A stretch of DNA of 64,000 bases. It comes from Octopus vulgaris. Taxonomy: Eukaryota. Made by a program: the position numbers and the translations under genes. The stretch is taken from positions 72,354,001 to 72,418,000 of the forward strand of contig OX597826.1 of NCBI GenBank assembly GCA_951406725.2, given 5' to 3'. Positions 36,700-49,553 of this stretch are shown here, piece after piece (position 1 is the stretch's first letter; each line of letters begins with the position of its first letter). The notes beneath the pieces were generated by a model. The model was not told where the DNA came from. It made no database searches and worked only from the letters and a program-made list of their open reading frames with translations.

Positions 36700-37288
36700 G
36701 TTGGTGTTTCTCTTTTAGACATTTTACCATATTTTTTATTTGAATTTATGTCTGTTTATTTAACTTGTGTAATGTATTTTTGGTCTTTATCTGTATTGCT
36801 TCAGAGGTATTTTTTAAATTTTTGTCTAACTTGCTGTTTCTATATTTTTATAAATATTTTTCACCAACTTTTATTTGACCACAATTTCTTTTTTCCATTG
36901 TTGTTCTTTGCGGTAAAATAAAGTGGCAGAATTGTTAGCACATTGGCCGAAATGCTCAGTGGCATTTCTTCTGGCCCTTTACATTTAAATGAGGGACTTT
37001 GTCTCTCATCCCTTCAGGGTTGATAATATAAATACCAGTTGAGCACTAAGCCCCCCCCCCCCCCAATCGATGACTTTGTACCAAAATCAGAAACCGTTAT
37101 TTTGCAACAAAATTTTTTAAAAAATCATCATTATTACTTCTGTTGTTAATGATGAAAAATAAAAGTAAGTTCCAGTTAATCCTTTTTAATCTGCTAGCAA
37201 TTAGACTACAACCCTCACAAAACTGAAGTTTTCTTGTTTGTCTATGTATGAACCAATTATTATTGCTAGTATTCATATAATATATATA

Positions 37289-37688
37289 GGCGCAGGAGTG
37301 GCTGTGTGGCAAGTAGCTTGCTTACCAACCACATGGCTCCGGGTTCAGTCCCACTGCGTGGCACCTTGGGCAAGTGTCTTCTACTATAGTCTCGGGCCGA
37401 CCAAAGCCTTGAGAGTGGATTTGGTAGACGGAAACTGTAAAAAGCCCGTCGTATATATGTATGTGTGTATATATATATATGTATGTATGTATGTGTGTGT
37501 CTGTGTTTGTCCCCCCCCAATATCACTTGACAACTGATGCTGGTGTGTTTACGTTTCAGCAAAAAGAAACCGATTTAATAAGTACTAGGTTTACAAAGAA
37601 TAAGTCCTGGGGTTGCTTTGCTCGACTAAAGGTGGTGCTCCAGCATGGCCGCTGTCAAATGACTGAAACAAGTAAAAGAGTAAAGAGT
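37289..37688 (+). mobile_element. SINE family 1
   Basis: Colinear with 41640-42051. Confidence 0.88.
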
Positions 37689-37944
37689 GGTGGATTGGCA
37701 CAGTCATTAGAACATCAGACAAAATACTTGGCAACATTTCTTCTGGCTCTTAATGTTCTAAGTTCAAATAACACTGAGGTTGACATTGACTTTTATCCTT
37801 TTGGAGTTTGTAGAATAAATACCAATTGAATTCCTAGGGACAATGTAATCAGCTTTCCCTCTCCTTAAAATTTATACCAAAATTTGAATCAAGCAACATA
37901 TATATATATATATATATTTATATTTTTTGTTTGTTACTTTGCAG

Positions 37945-38073
37945 ATCCGTTGGAAATACATGATAATTGATGAAGGTCACCGTATGAAAAATCACCACTG
38001 TAAACTAACCCAAATCCTTAATACATATTATAGTGCACCATACAGATTGCTACTAACTGGAACACCTTTACAG
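37945..38073 (+). CDS. SMARCA4: Exon 16: Walker B DEGH and motif [12 protein letters not shown]
   Basis: Phase 0-0, cag|gtgagt donor. Confidence 0.97.
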
Positions 38074-38438
38074 GTGAGTTACTACATTGTTTTCTGCCCC
38101 TCTCAGAAACTTGTTGACATCCTCTCCTCTCTTGTAATTTAATATCCTCCCTGGCATTGATCCTTATTGCTGATAGTTGTTCACCCCTTCACATATTTAA
38201 ACCATTGACCTATGACTTTCACAATACAATGCATAAAAATATAACTTTGATTTTCCCCCTCACTTTGTTTCATTTTCTCCTTCATATCCTCTCTGCATAA
38301 ATTATTATTTTTTTTATTATTAAAATACATCATGTCCAAGTAACATGGGATTTGAAAGCAAGGTACTTAACTACTTGGCTTAGGTTTCACTGTTTTCGAT
38401 CTCCCCACCCCCATAAATTAATTTTAATGTTTTTATTA

Positions 38439-38665
38439 TTAACCCTTTTGTTACTAACCAAGCCGAAACCGGCTCTGGCTCTGTAAAATATCTTGTTTTC
38501 ATAAGTTTTGAATTAAAATCTTCCACCAAACCTTAGTCACAATTTATGTTCCTAACACTAGCTTTAATGATAACTAAGTTATTTTACTAAATTCTTTGTT
38601 ATATTTAAAATTAATTGACAGAAACACAGAGCATCTCGAAATAAATACAGTAACGAAAGGGTTAA
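38439..38665. mobile_element. piggyBac-like MITE family A
   Basis: TTAA TSD and CCC/GGG termini. Confidence 0.88.
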
Positions 38666-38890
38666 CCCTTTAGCATTTAAACTGGCCATATCCGGCCAAA
38701 AGTATTCTGCTTGTTTTATGTTCAAACTGGCCATATCTGGTCTCTCACACCAACCCTACAATATCATCTTAAAAATTAATAGCTACCTCATCAAAATCTC
38801 ATAACTACAAGATAATGCATGATTAGTTCAAAACAATGAGGATAAAAAAACATTAACTTTGGCAGAATAATGTGAACACTAAAGGGTTAA
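38662..38890. mobile_element. piggyBac-like MITE family B
   Basis: ttaaccctttagcatttaaactggcc...ctaaagggttaa. Confidence 0.85.
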
Positions 38891-38946
38891 ACATATTATG
38901 TCCAAGTGATATGAACTGAAGGCAAGGCCCTTAATTCCTTGTCTAA

Positions 38947-39252
<306 letters not shown>

Positions 39253-39658
39253 TGACAAATATTAAATTTGTGTCTTTTTATGGTGTACAAAGTCCAAGTT
39301 TGTTATAGAGAACTAGAGCACAAACAAGAGAATATTTTAGGTTTTTTTCTTTTCTTTTTTGTATTTTAGATGACATGCTCATGCTCACTCATGTGAAACA
39401 TATACATATACATGCAGAAGCACCTTTCAGAAATTCTAGATATTTCCTTTTTAACCAATTTCTAATGAAATTCATTGTGTGGAATTTCTTAAAACAACTG
39501 TTTCATAATCAAGTTGGCATTTGGTATGCAATTGGCAATAGGTTCTTACATAAAAATTCTGAAAGGTTTCAATTTAGATATGATCACTTGAAAGGAGGTG
39601 GTTTTGTATTATGGAACAAAAGACAGCCTCAGGTGGATTGATGTCTAAAAGTTTAAAT

Positions 39659-39867
39659 CGGTGGTTCATGACCATTTGCTGTTTAAAAATGTCCTACTAT
39701 ATTTTTATAATCAAATATTATTAGATATTATATAAAAAAATTATTCAAATATTTTGTGTATTGTAGAAGTATGACCAGTCTAAAAATTGCTGTTAAAATT
39801 TAAATGTTAACAACAAACTGTTATATAGACCTTTAAGGGTCATGTAGACCCTGGTCGAGAGCCACTG
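39659..39867. mobile_element. hAT/Charlie-like MITE
   Basis: Ends cggtggttcatgacc / ggtcgagagccactg; TSD gtttaaat, with the right copy split by a later insertion. Confidence 0.7.
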
Positions 39868-39869
39868 GT

Positions 39870-40096
39870 TTAATCCTTTAGCATTTAAACCGGCCATATC
39901 CAGCCCAAATATACCTGTTTTATGTACAGACAGGTCATATTCAGCCTCTCACACCTACCCAACAGTGTCATACTAAAAATAAAAACAATCACATCATTGA
40001 AGCCTCAACACAAAAAGATAATGCTTGAGTAATTCAAAATACTGTGAATAAATACACATTACATCAGACAAAGTAGTCTGAACGCTAAAGGGTTAA
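39870..40096. mobile_element. piggyBac-like MITE family B
   Basis: ttaatcctttagcatttaaac...gctaaagggttaa. Confidence 0.8.
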
Positions 40097-40104
40097 ATGA
40101 TTGA

Positions 40105-40520
40105 AGGAGGAATTTCAACCGTGTTTCGTGGTCTGCTAGCACAACAGCTCCTTTATAGGATCCAGTTAGCTCAAGACATCATCAGGAGGAACCATGTCCA
40201 GTTTCGGCCCCCACTCCTCTACCGTTTTGACGTGGTGGGGACCCCCTTTCTTCAGCGCTGGTGTTGGGTGCATGTCTTCTTTCTTCTGTTCCCTGGCCTC
40301 TTGGATGTAGCGTCAATGAGTGTCAGTGGGTGACTGACTGACTTGTCAAATTTTTTCCCTTTAAATACCTGCTGCTAGGCTCCAGCAGGCAACCCCAGCA
40401 AGCTGTCACATGACACTGTCTCAACTGACCAATGAAGGCGCATAGTCTTAGCCCACGCATTCTCTAAACGAGACCGTCACCTGTCAATCAGCGAAGCTAA
40501 TTCAGTGTCAGCCTGTCTCA
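40105..40520 (-). mobile_element. Penelope-like pseudo-LTR remnant with two tandem degenerate hammerhead cores
   Basis: GC-richer island; CCAAT-like boxes, then TATTTAAA on minus, then CTGAAGA..GAAAC..GTT and CTGATGA..GAAAC..GTT. Confidence 0.55.
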
Positions 40521-40714
40521 CCTAGTGATGTTATTTTCTGCCGGCATGTTATGACTTTCAAGCCATTTTTGGTCTTTCATCTGAAAAGTTTTACCAGATA
40601 TTATCCAGATTTCTTTGTTATTTAAAAAGTTAAACCTGTTCCTTATTTGTAAAACAAACAGAAAAATGTCTGATAATTGATTTTTGCCATAGTAATCCAC
40701 TATTAACTTTGGGC

Positions 40715-41005
40715 ATGTTGTTATTGAATAGGTCAATAAACTGTATTGCTATTATGTAGGTTTATTGTATAGGATATGTATTGTTATTGAGTATGTGGGT
40801 TAACTGTATAGGACTTGTATTACTTTATGTAAGTTACTTGTATTAGAGTTGTATTGTTAATGAGTGGGTGGGATGGTTAAATGTGTAGGTGATGTATTGT
40901 TATTGAATATGGTAGTTAACTTTATAGGTTTATATTGTTATTGGGTAAGTTAGTCAAATGTATGGGATTTGTGTTATAGAAATTTATTGACATTGAAAGT
41001 TGGGT
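40715..41005. repeat. Degenerate tandem repeat, about 38-42-bp unit (tgtattgttattgagtatgtgggttaactgtatagga)
   Basis: Recurring tgtattgttattg and ttaactgtatagg. Confidence 0.65.
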
Positions 41006-41315
41006 TAATTCATTTTAGGGTTTCGGTTATAGTTACAACTTCCACTTATGAAATTGTTATTATTATTTCCTGCAAGGCGATGAGCTGGTAGAATTGTAAG
41101 TGTGCCAGATAACATTCTGACTTCAAATTCCACTTGGGTCATCCTTTGCCTTTCGTCCTTTTGAAGTTGATGAAATAAGTACCAGTTGAACACTGGGGTT
41201 GATGTAATCGAATAACCTCTTACCCCTAAATTTTGGGTGCCCCAGTCTGTAGTAGAAAGGATCTCTAGTATTCCGTATATGTATATATTAAATTAATGGT
41301 TTTGTTCTGTTCTAG

Positions 41316-41435
<120 letters not shown>

Positions 41436-41639
41436 TAACGATTCATTCTCTCAGTATGCAACTTTTGGGGTTCACGCACCTGCAGGTCTTCTACACCCTC
41501 ACTCCCATCCTGTATTACAATCCCATTTGTTTGTATAATCTAAATGTCTATATCTACTGGTCATGAGGTAATGACAATTAGCACTTTGAAACAATGTTAT
41601 AAGGTGTAGTAGGACCTTTTTTTTTTTGATTAAGAGATA

Positions 41640-42051
41640 GGCGCAGGAGTGGCTGTGTGGTAAGTAGCTTGCTTACCAACCACATGGTTCCGGGTTCAGT
41701 CCCACTGCGTGGCACCTTGGGCAAATGTCTTCTACTATAGCCTCGGGCCGACCAAAGCCTTGTGAATGGATTCGGTAGACGGAAACTGAAAGAAGCCCGT
41801 CGTATATATGTATATATATGTGTGTGTGTGCGTGTATGTTTGTGTGTCTGTATTTGACCCCATAGCATTGCTTGACAACCGATGCTGGTGTGTTTATGTC
41901 CCCGTCACTTAGCGGTTCGGCAAAAGAGACCGATAGAATAAGTACTGGGCTTACAAAGAATAAGTCCCGGGGTCGAGTTGCTCGACTAAAGGCGGTGCTT
42001 CAGCATGGCCGCAGTCAGATGACTGAAACACGTAAAAGAGTAAAAAAGAGT
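41640..42051 (+). mobile_element. tRNA-derived SINE family 1, full length, with central (TA)n(TG)n
   Basis: ggcgcaggagtggctgtgtggtaag (A box)...gggttcagtccc (B box)...gactgaaac plus (taaaagag)n tail; many copies in the window. Confidence 0.88.
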
Positions 42052-42252
42052 ATATAACTCAATTTCACCTGTTCTACCAAATTCAAAAATTGCTTCTGTT
42101 TCTATTTCACAACTAGTTAATACTAGACAGATTCAAAAGTTAGTAATATTTTACTTTTAGAATAGTTAGAAAAGATTTTATTGTTATTTCTATTATGTAT
42201 ATATATATTATGTTATGCTGTTAGTAAAACTTACTGTATTAATCTATTTCAG

Positions 42253-42360
42253 GTTGAATATGTTATTAAATGTGAAATGTCAGCGTTACAACGACTACTT
42301 TACCGTCACATGCAATGTAAAGGAGTTTTGCTGACTGATGGATCAGAAAAAGACAAAAAG
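42253..42360 (+). CDS. SMARCA4: Exon 19: [14 protein letters not shown]...TDGSEKDKK
   Basis: Phase 0-0. Confidence 0.96.
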
Positions 42361-43501
42361 GTAAGAAAGTTGATGAGGGTAATGATGATGATAGCAGTGG
42401 TGGTGGTGGTTGTGGTGGCATTGATGACGAAACTAGAAAGTGGTTATGTGTTGGCAATTAAGAGAGAGAGAGAGAGACTGCTACATGAGTGCTAATATAA
42501 ATACATCATGATCACCAATCTGTGTCTGCTTTTCCATATTGGCATGAGTTGATTGGATCATCAGTCTCAAGGGCTGTAGCTCTCATAAAGAATTGCTCCC
42601 TCCAAGACAGTTTGGACATCACATCTCATATCTTCCAATTTCAATCATGGTTTCTATGGTTTGATGCCTTCCTATCAGTAATTATTTTTCAAAGTATACT
42701 GAATGCATTTTATTGTGGCATCATTTGTTGGAGAAGTTGCCTTTCCACTAAGCAACATAGGAGAGTCCTCTCTAACCTGTTTCGTTTTGGTTATCAACTG
42801 CTTTAAGAATGGATTGGATGCATTTTATTGTGGCACCATCACTCGAGGTTGCCTTGTTTGCAGTAAAGCTAGAGAGTCTTCTCCACCCTACACATATTAG
42901 ATATGTTAGGTGAATAATTGCTGTCTTGTTTCTGCCACTGTGTTCTTACTTTCTTGACCCCATATCAATACCAGAATAAAATACAAGTGAGATGTGGAAA
43001 AGGGAAGTTTGATCAGTGGTATTGTATAAGAGACATTCAAGGTGAGGCTGGGCTATTTAAGTATCCACTGTGGTAGATTCTTCTATAAGAGTATGGAACT
43101 TTTCTCACTGTAAATCTATTTGAAAATCTGGAGATAATTCTGGGCAACCTCTAGTACAGCATACCACAATGGTTTCTGTTCCCTTGGAGCAGTTCAGCAG
43201 GCAGCTAAAATCGCATCTTGTCTCAGGAAATTATTTGTTAGCTATCAAGCTTTCCAATAATATTGTCTAAGAAAGAAAGATATATGAATCTGTATGTGTG
43301 TCTTTGAATAAATCCATCCATACATTTATCTATCTATCTATCTATCTTATAAAACTCAGTTTTATGACTGTGTTGTAACTTCTGTTGATTTAATCTATTT
43401 GTATGGTGACTGCTTTGTTGAGTGTTGGTGTTCATTTTTGTCAGTAATGTGGTTATGTTTTCTTTCTCTAAAATTGGTGTCTTTGTGTATTGTGTATATA
43501 G

Positions 43502-43635
43502 GGTAAAGGGGGTACCAAAGCCCTGATGAATACTATTATGCAGCTGAGAAAGATCTGTAACCATCCATTTATGTTTCAACATATTGAAGAGGCATTTGCC
43601 GATCACTTAGGAATTCAAGGAGGAATAGTAAGCGG
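43502..43635 (+). CDS. SMARCA4: Exon 20: [25 protein letters not shown]
   Basis: tatag acceptor, gg|gtgagt donor, phase 0-2. Confidence 0.95.
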
Positions 43636-44018
43636 GTGAGTATTTCTCTTGTTTCTGATTTTATTTGTAAACAGAAAAAAATGTTTCTGTCTATTTAAAG
43701 AAAAGTAATATCTTCACTTTTATTGGTTGTTAGAGTAAAATGTGGATATTTGTATTAAATGAGAACAAGATACATTTTTTTATTGTCCTTTTAGAGTCAG
43801 ATGTATGGAGTGCTAGCATAGGTTTTACTGTTACTAGTTAGCAGTGTCCCCTGTTTTGTGTTCAAATTGTACTGTGGTGACCTAACTGTATCCCTTGCAC
43901 TCATTTCTAGAAAGTAGAACTCATTTTTTGTTATAATTATTATCATTATGGGCTACTACTGCCCTTCTTTCTCCCATTATTGCCATTTTTGTTATTGTTA
44001 TTGTTATTAATGTTGCAG

Positions 44019-44161
44019 GCCGGAATTATACCGAGTATCTGGAAAGTTTGAATTACTTGATAGAATACTTCCAAAATTGCGTGCCAAAGACCATCGTGTT
44101 CTTCTTTTCTGTCAAATGACGTCCCTCATGAGCATCATGGAAGATTACTTTGTATGCAGAG
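44019..44161 (+). CDS. SMARCA4: Exon 21: [19 protein letters not shown]...VLLFCQMT (motif IV)
   Basis: Phase 2-1. Confidence 0.96.
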
Positions 44162-44444
44162 GTAAGTTTTAATTCAGTATCATCACACTTGCTTCAACAG
44201 TTGCTTATTTCATTTGGCATAAGAAGATTTCATTGAATATCGTATTTTGCTTAACATAAGAACACATCACTCATCATTAGCACATCTCACTCAACACCAG
44301 CACTTCACTGAGTGCTAGCACATGTCACTTGGCAATAAGAATGCTTCTCTCATCTCTAGTACGCATCAATGTCTATCTGCACTTTGCTCATCTCTAGCCA
44401 CCTCTTCTTACTGAGAAAGAATATTTTCATGTGTCTATTTGCAG

Positions 44445-44632
44445 GTTTACGCTATTTACGACTTGATGGAACAACAAAGTCAGAAGACAGAGGCCATCTT
44501 TTGGCTTTATTTAACCAAGAAGAATCTCCTTATTTTATTTTCCTGCTCAGTACTAGAGCAGGTGGTTTAGGTTTGAATTTACAAGCTGCAGACACTGTCA
44601 TTATCTTTGATTCTGACTGGAATCCACATCAA
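44445..44632 (+). CDS. SMARCA4: Exon 22: YLRLDGTTK...[30 protein letters not shown] (motif V)
   Basis: Phase 1-0. Confidence 0.97.
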
Positions 44633-45086
44633 GTAAGTTAACAAAAACTGTTTCATGTTGATGTATCAGTATGTGCTAACTTCCACCGAAAGATAGTCTT
44701 GTCTGTGACTGTTGTGTAAATCTCCATGATTTTCAGTTGATAGAGACGTAAGCGTCACTCAGCTCAGCAAGGTATTATGTTGAAAGGAGACACATGTTAG
44801 ATGCATCATGGTACACTTTCCTTATGGAAAGTGTAGCAGATGAAGCTATGTTCTTTCTGAACAGTCCATAGCCATATCTATCACAGTGATTTAACTCTTC
44901 CTCAATTTAGACATGAAAATATTTCTAAACTCATTGTTTGACCTTTTTTCACCACATGTTGTTCTTTTAGTCTTTTAAAACAAATCCTATATTGACCAAT
45001 GTTATCCATTATGACCTATATTGGTCATAATGGATAACATATATATTGACCTATATTGACCAATGTTATCCATCATGTCATTTCAG

Positions 45087-45320
45087 GATCTGCAAGCTCA
45101 AGATCGTGCGCATCGTATCGGTCAGCAAAACGAAGTGCGAGTGCTTCGTTTGATGACTGTTAATAGTGTTGAAGAACGAATTTTGGCAGCTGCACGTTAC
45201 AAACTTAATGTTGATGAGAAAGTGATCCAAGCTGGTATGTTTGATCAAAAGTCTACTGGAACTGAGCGCCGACAATTCCTACAAGCACTACTTATGCAAG
45301 AGAATGATGAGGAGGAACAG
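45087..45320 (+). CDS. SMARCA4: Exon 23: [13 protein letters not shown] (motif VI)...QENDEEEQ; GC donor, or GT donor after 45344
   Basis: Homology ends at cag|gcaagt; phase 0 fits the next exon. Confidence 0.92.
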
Positions 45321-46343
45321 GCAAGTGAATGCCTTTATCTCAGAGTGAGTCAATCTAGTGTAACGGTTGAGTGGGTTTTTATATTTAGTATTGACTCCCA
45401 AATTATCTGCCACATCCAAGAGGAGACTTGTCTCTTAATTATTCTTCTTTGAATCCAGTCCCGAGTTCAGACCCCTAAAACTTTGTTGGTATTCTGCAGG
45501 CACTATGATTTATGTAGTGAGCCAAAGATAATTTTTAATTAATTGAAATTACTTCAGGGAGAAGAAAAGTGATTGAAGTTAGCGCCAGTTGTGAGCAAGG
45601 GAGAGAAATCCGAGATTTCAATTTATTATAATTTAGACAGAGGCACACAGAGTCGGAAGTGCGTCGACGACTTGAGATTTGTTTCAGTTTTATTAGACCT
45701 CATAAGCATATATCTAGCACACTACTACCTGACTTTAGAATGACTTTGACAGGAAATTTTAAATAACAATACTGGAAAATTTCCCAGACAATTACTATGA
45801 CTTGGATGGTCTGTAATAAAAATAACCTTACACCATTTATTGCTATCTTTTTATCCAACAATGTTGATAGTCAAGTGGAATGGCATCAGTTTATAACCTT
45901 TTTGTGTCCAGAATATTTAACTTCCAATGGCTAAGTTCATTTGGCTATAAATACAAACTGTAGTTAAGAAAGATGTCAGCTCTAAGTAACGGCAGCACTG
46001 TGATTTTGACGAGTGTTTCAGCTGCTACAGAACCAGTTTGGCCCTGATTCAGAAAACTTACAAGCCAAAGGCATTCTAGCCAGGAATACAACATCCAATA
46101 TGTCTTGTTTTCAAAAGGATGGCTGCCCTCTTTCTAGCAGTTTGTAGCTACAAGTTCAACCTCTCCAATGGGTCTGGAGGAGACAAAATGAAATCATCCC
46201 AATGTATAATCTTGCCCAGAATTGGTGTCTGAAGACCAGTTCTTCTTATTATGGGACTCTGCTGTTGATGACATCTAAGCTGTTGAGTCAATAGATGATG
46301 AAACATTTACATTAGTATCCAAATATGTATGTGTGTGTGTGTG

Positions 46344-46421
<78 letters not shown>

Positions 46422-46594
46422 TGTCTTGACTATCTTTGCTTGTGAAAATCACTCATGGGTGGAGTATTTTAGACTTTTGCTATCTTCCTGTCCTGTTCTA
46501 AGATACACCATTTAATGTCTAATAACAATTGCTCCTTTCACATCATCAGTGAGTCAACTACTTAAAAGCATTCATTTCCCTTTCTGTCTTTCAG

Positions 46595-46672
46595 GAAGAA
46601 GATGAAGTACCTGACGATGAGACGGTGAACCAAATGTTGGCTCGAACTGAAGAAGAGTTTGATTTGTATCAG
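46595..46672 (+). CDS. SMARCA4: Exon 24: [26 protein letters not shown]
   Basis: Phase 0-0. Confidence 0.95.
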
Positions 46673-47678
46673 GTCAGTTATTTTTCTTAAATTTCATTTT
46701 GCATTTCAGCGACTAATAGTTACAGATATACTATGAGTGAATCACTGCTTCATTGTACTTACAAACAAAATACTATGAGATTACTATTATTATTTATAAT
46801 TTTTTTTTTGCATGTATGTATGAGCGGACAGTTAATTGGTTGTAACATCAGTGTTTTTATCGTTTACTGTGTTGAAAGATATGTATGTGTGTACTTATAT
46901 ATTCATGTGCACACACGCATGTGTATCTGTGTTTGTTTGCATTTCTTTGGAATCTAAGGTTTTTTGCCTTTGCAGAATGCAAGTCCACCACTAACAAAGT
47001 GACAAGCCTCTTTTGTTAAGGTCAAGACAGCATTTGGGGGTTTGTGTTTGTGTGTGTGTGTGTGTGTAAATAAACTTGCACTCTTGTAATGGGTGTGCAT
47101 ATCTCTTTAATACTCAAGTGTGTGTGTGCGCTTTAGTGTGGAAGCAGTACTCATATCGCAAAAGCAAGACTACAATTAACACACAAACAAGACAAGCATG
47201 TCGCTGATGAAGTGTAACTGAAATAGACAAAATACTAATCTGATCATGTGGAACTCTAATGTTCTAGCAGCCAAATTCTGGTTGTAAAATCTGCTTAAAG
47301 AGAATTTTGGCTGTAAAGTTTACCTAAGCAAAATCTGTTCACTATTAAGAAAAGGGGCCAGTACATAAACCAACATTATTGTATATTCTGAAGATGAGGC
47401 TGAGCAAGTCTGGAAATATTGATAATGTTGGAAAATTTATTGTTTCAAACAAACTGTTAGGGTCTGACTGCACATATGAAAAAAAAAAAAAAAACTCAAT
47501 CAAAATAAATTAAATGTAATCAGTTTTGTTTTCCAATATACCATGCCTAAAAGAAAATCTATTCATCTATTCCCCTATATATATATGTATATATATATAT
47601 ATACAAATATATATAGTAGCCAATATAAATGGTTTTTTCAGTCGTGCTTTGCATCATAACAGACGTTAAACGATGATG

Positions 47679-47732
<54 letters not shown>

Positions 47733-47843
47733 AAGAGCGATTGGGAGAAAATTAACATAAGAGGCACAGGGATAAGTGTTGTGTAGGCAAAAATTAATCA
47801 TTAGTTTTAATATACTCATTGTTTTTGTTGGTTTTTATTGCAG

Positions 47844-47951
47844 AAAATGGACCTTGAAAGGCGAAGACAAGAAGCTAGAGATCCAAAGCGTAAGCCCCGA
47901 TTAATGGAATCTGATGAATTACCTGAATGGTTGAGGAAGGATGAGAAAGAG
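47844..47951 (+). CDS. SMARCA4: Exon 25: SnAC domain ([30 protein letters not shown])
   Basis: Phase 0-0. Confidence 0.95.
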
Positions 47952-48394
47952 GTATGTATTTATAGAAGATATCTAGTTTGGAAGGACTGTACTTAAAAAG
48001 TTACCTAACCAGTGAGTTGTTAGTTAGTTCTTTAGTAGAGTAGTATAATGTAATAAAGTGTAGATAGTACCATCTTAAAAACCATCGGTGATGGTATCAC
48101 ATAAAAACACCCAGTACATTGTAAAATGGTTGGTATTAGGAAAGGCATCCAGCTGTAGAAACCATACCAAATTAGATAGTGGAATCTAGTGTGGCCCCTG
48201 GCCTTGCTGGCTCCTGTCAAACTGTCCAACCCATGCCAGCTTGGAAAATGGATGTTAAATGATGATTATAAAAACCTATGGTAATCATGGCACACTATGT
48301 CAGTGTGGTAATGGAATATCCAGGCAGAGTCACAAGAAAATTAAAACAAAAATGAGTATAAAGTTATGTATTTATGCTATGAGAAAGAACTGGT

Positions 48395-48665
48395 ACTCCA
48401 TCAGTTATGATGATGAGGGTTCCAGTTTATCCAACCAACAGAACAGCATGCTCATGAAGTTAGCATGAATGTGACTGAGCACACCACAGACGCACAATGT
48501 CACAAGGCTGGCACTTTGAATTACAGGTACCACTCGTTTGTGCGAGCTGAGTGGACTGGAGCAATGTGAAATAAAGTGTTTTGCCCAAGGACACAATGCA
48601 TCAGCAAGTATTGAATTCACAAGCTTACAATTGCGATCCGAATGCCACAACCACTAAAGCACACA
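48395..48665 (-). mobile_element. tRNA-headed SINE, further family
   Basis: Minus-strand gctttagtggttgtggcattcggatcgcaatt head and ccttgggcaaaacacttta core. Confidence 0.6.
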
Positions 48666-49442
48666 CATTCACTTATTTGAGGAAGAAATGGATGAGAACT
48701 CGGCAGCATTTCATCCAGTGGTCCTTTATGAAGAAAAAGAAACGAGAAACAAGAAGAGAAATGGTTAAATGGAATTGGTTTTAGTGAAGTAGTATGGTGA
48801 ATGAAATGGAGTGATTAGTCTTGCTTAAACTTAAGATAGGTTTGTGTTCTGTGTACGTTCTGTGGGTCTGTGGCATTTGAAAAGAGGGGAAAAAAACATG
48901 AACTAAAATTTTCTCTCTTCTATACTGATATTCAAGAAAGTTCTAGGGTGTTCCTTTGAGAGAAAAAGTTGGGAAATTGAAACCAGTTGAATTATGTAAA
49001 TGTGGAACTTCATGTAGTAATTAGTTGTGTGTTCAGTTAGTAAAAGGTGCCATCAGAACAGATAATATTTAACCTTTTGATGGGTAGGAACAGATCAATA
49101 TATCTTCTGTAGAACCTACTGGCTGTATATTACTGAGATTGTTATTTTGCCCTTGTTCAGCAATAATCGTCCCAGGTCTATGAAGTTAGATATTGTAGTA
49201 GTCACCATTCTCTATAATAAGAGAATCATCTATTGTGTCCATTTAGTATCTAAAACAGGTCGGGTTGCAAAATAGATGTTCTTATTATCTCTTAGCTGTA
49301 TGCGATATTATTGTATTATGTTTCAGAAATGTAGCTCTGCAAGCTGTCTTTTCACTGGAAGTAAAAGAAAACCGTAAGGAATCTGTATGATCAAATAAGA
49401 AAGGAGTCTTGTAGATTATCCATGGTTATCTTTCTATTTCAG

Positions 49443-49553
49443 GTCGAACGTTTAACCTATGAAGAAGAAGAAGACAAAATATTTGGGCGTGGCTCCCGCT
49501 CAAGAAAAGAAGTAGATTACTCAGACTCTCTCACAGATGGCCAGTGGCTAAGA
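49443..49553 (+). CDS. SMARCA4: Exon 26: SnAC ([37 protein letters not shown])
   Basis: Phase 0-0. Confidence 0.95.
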
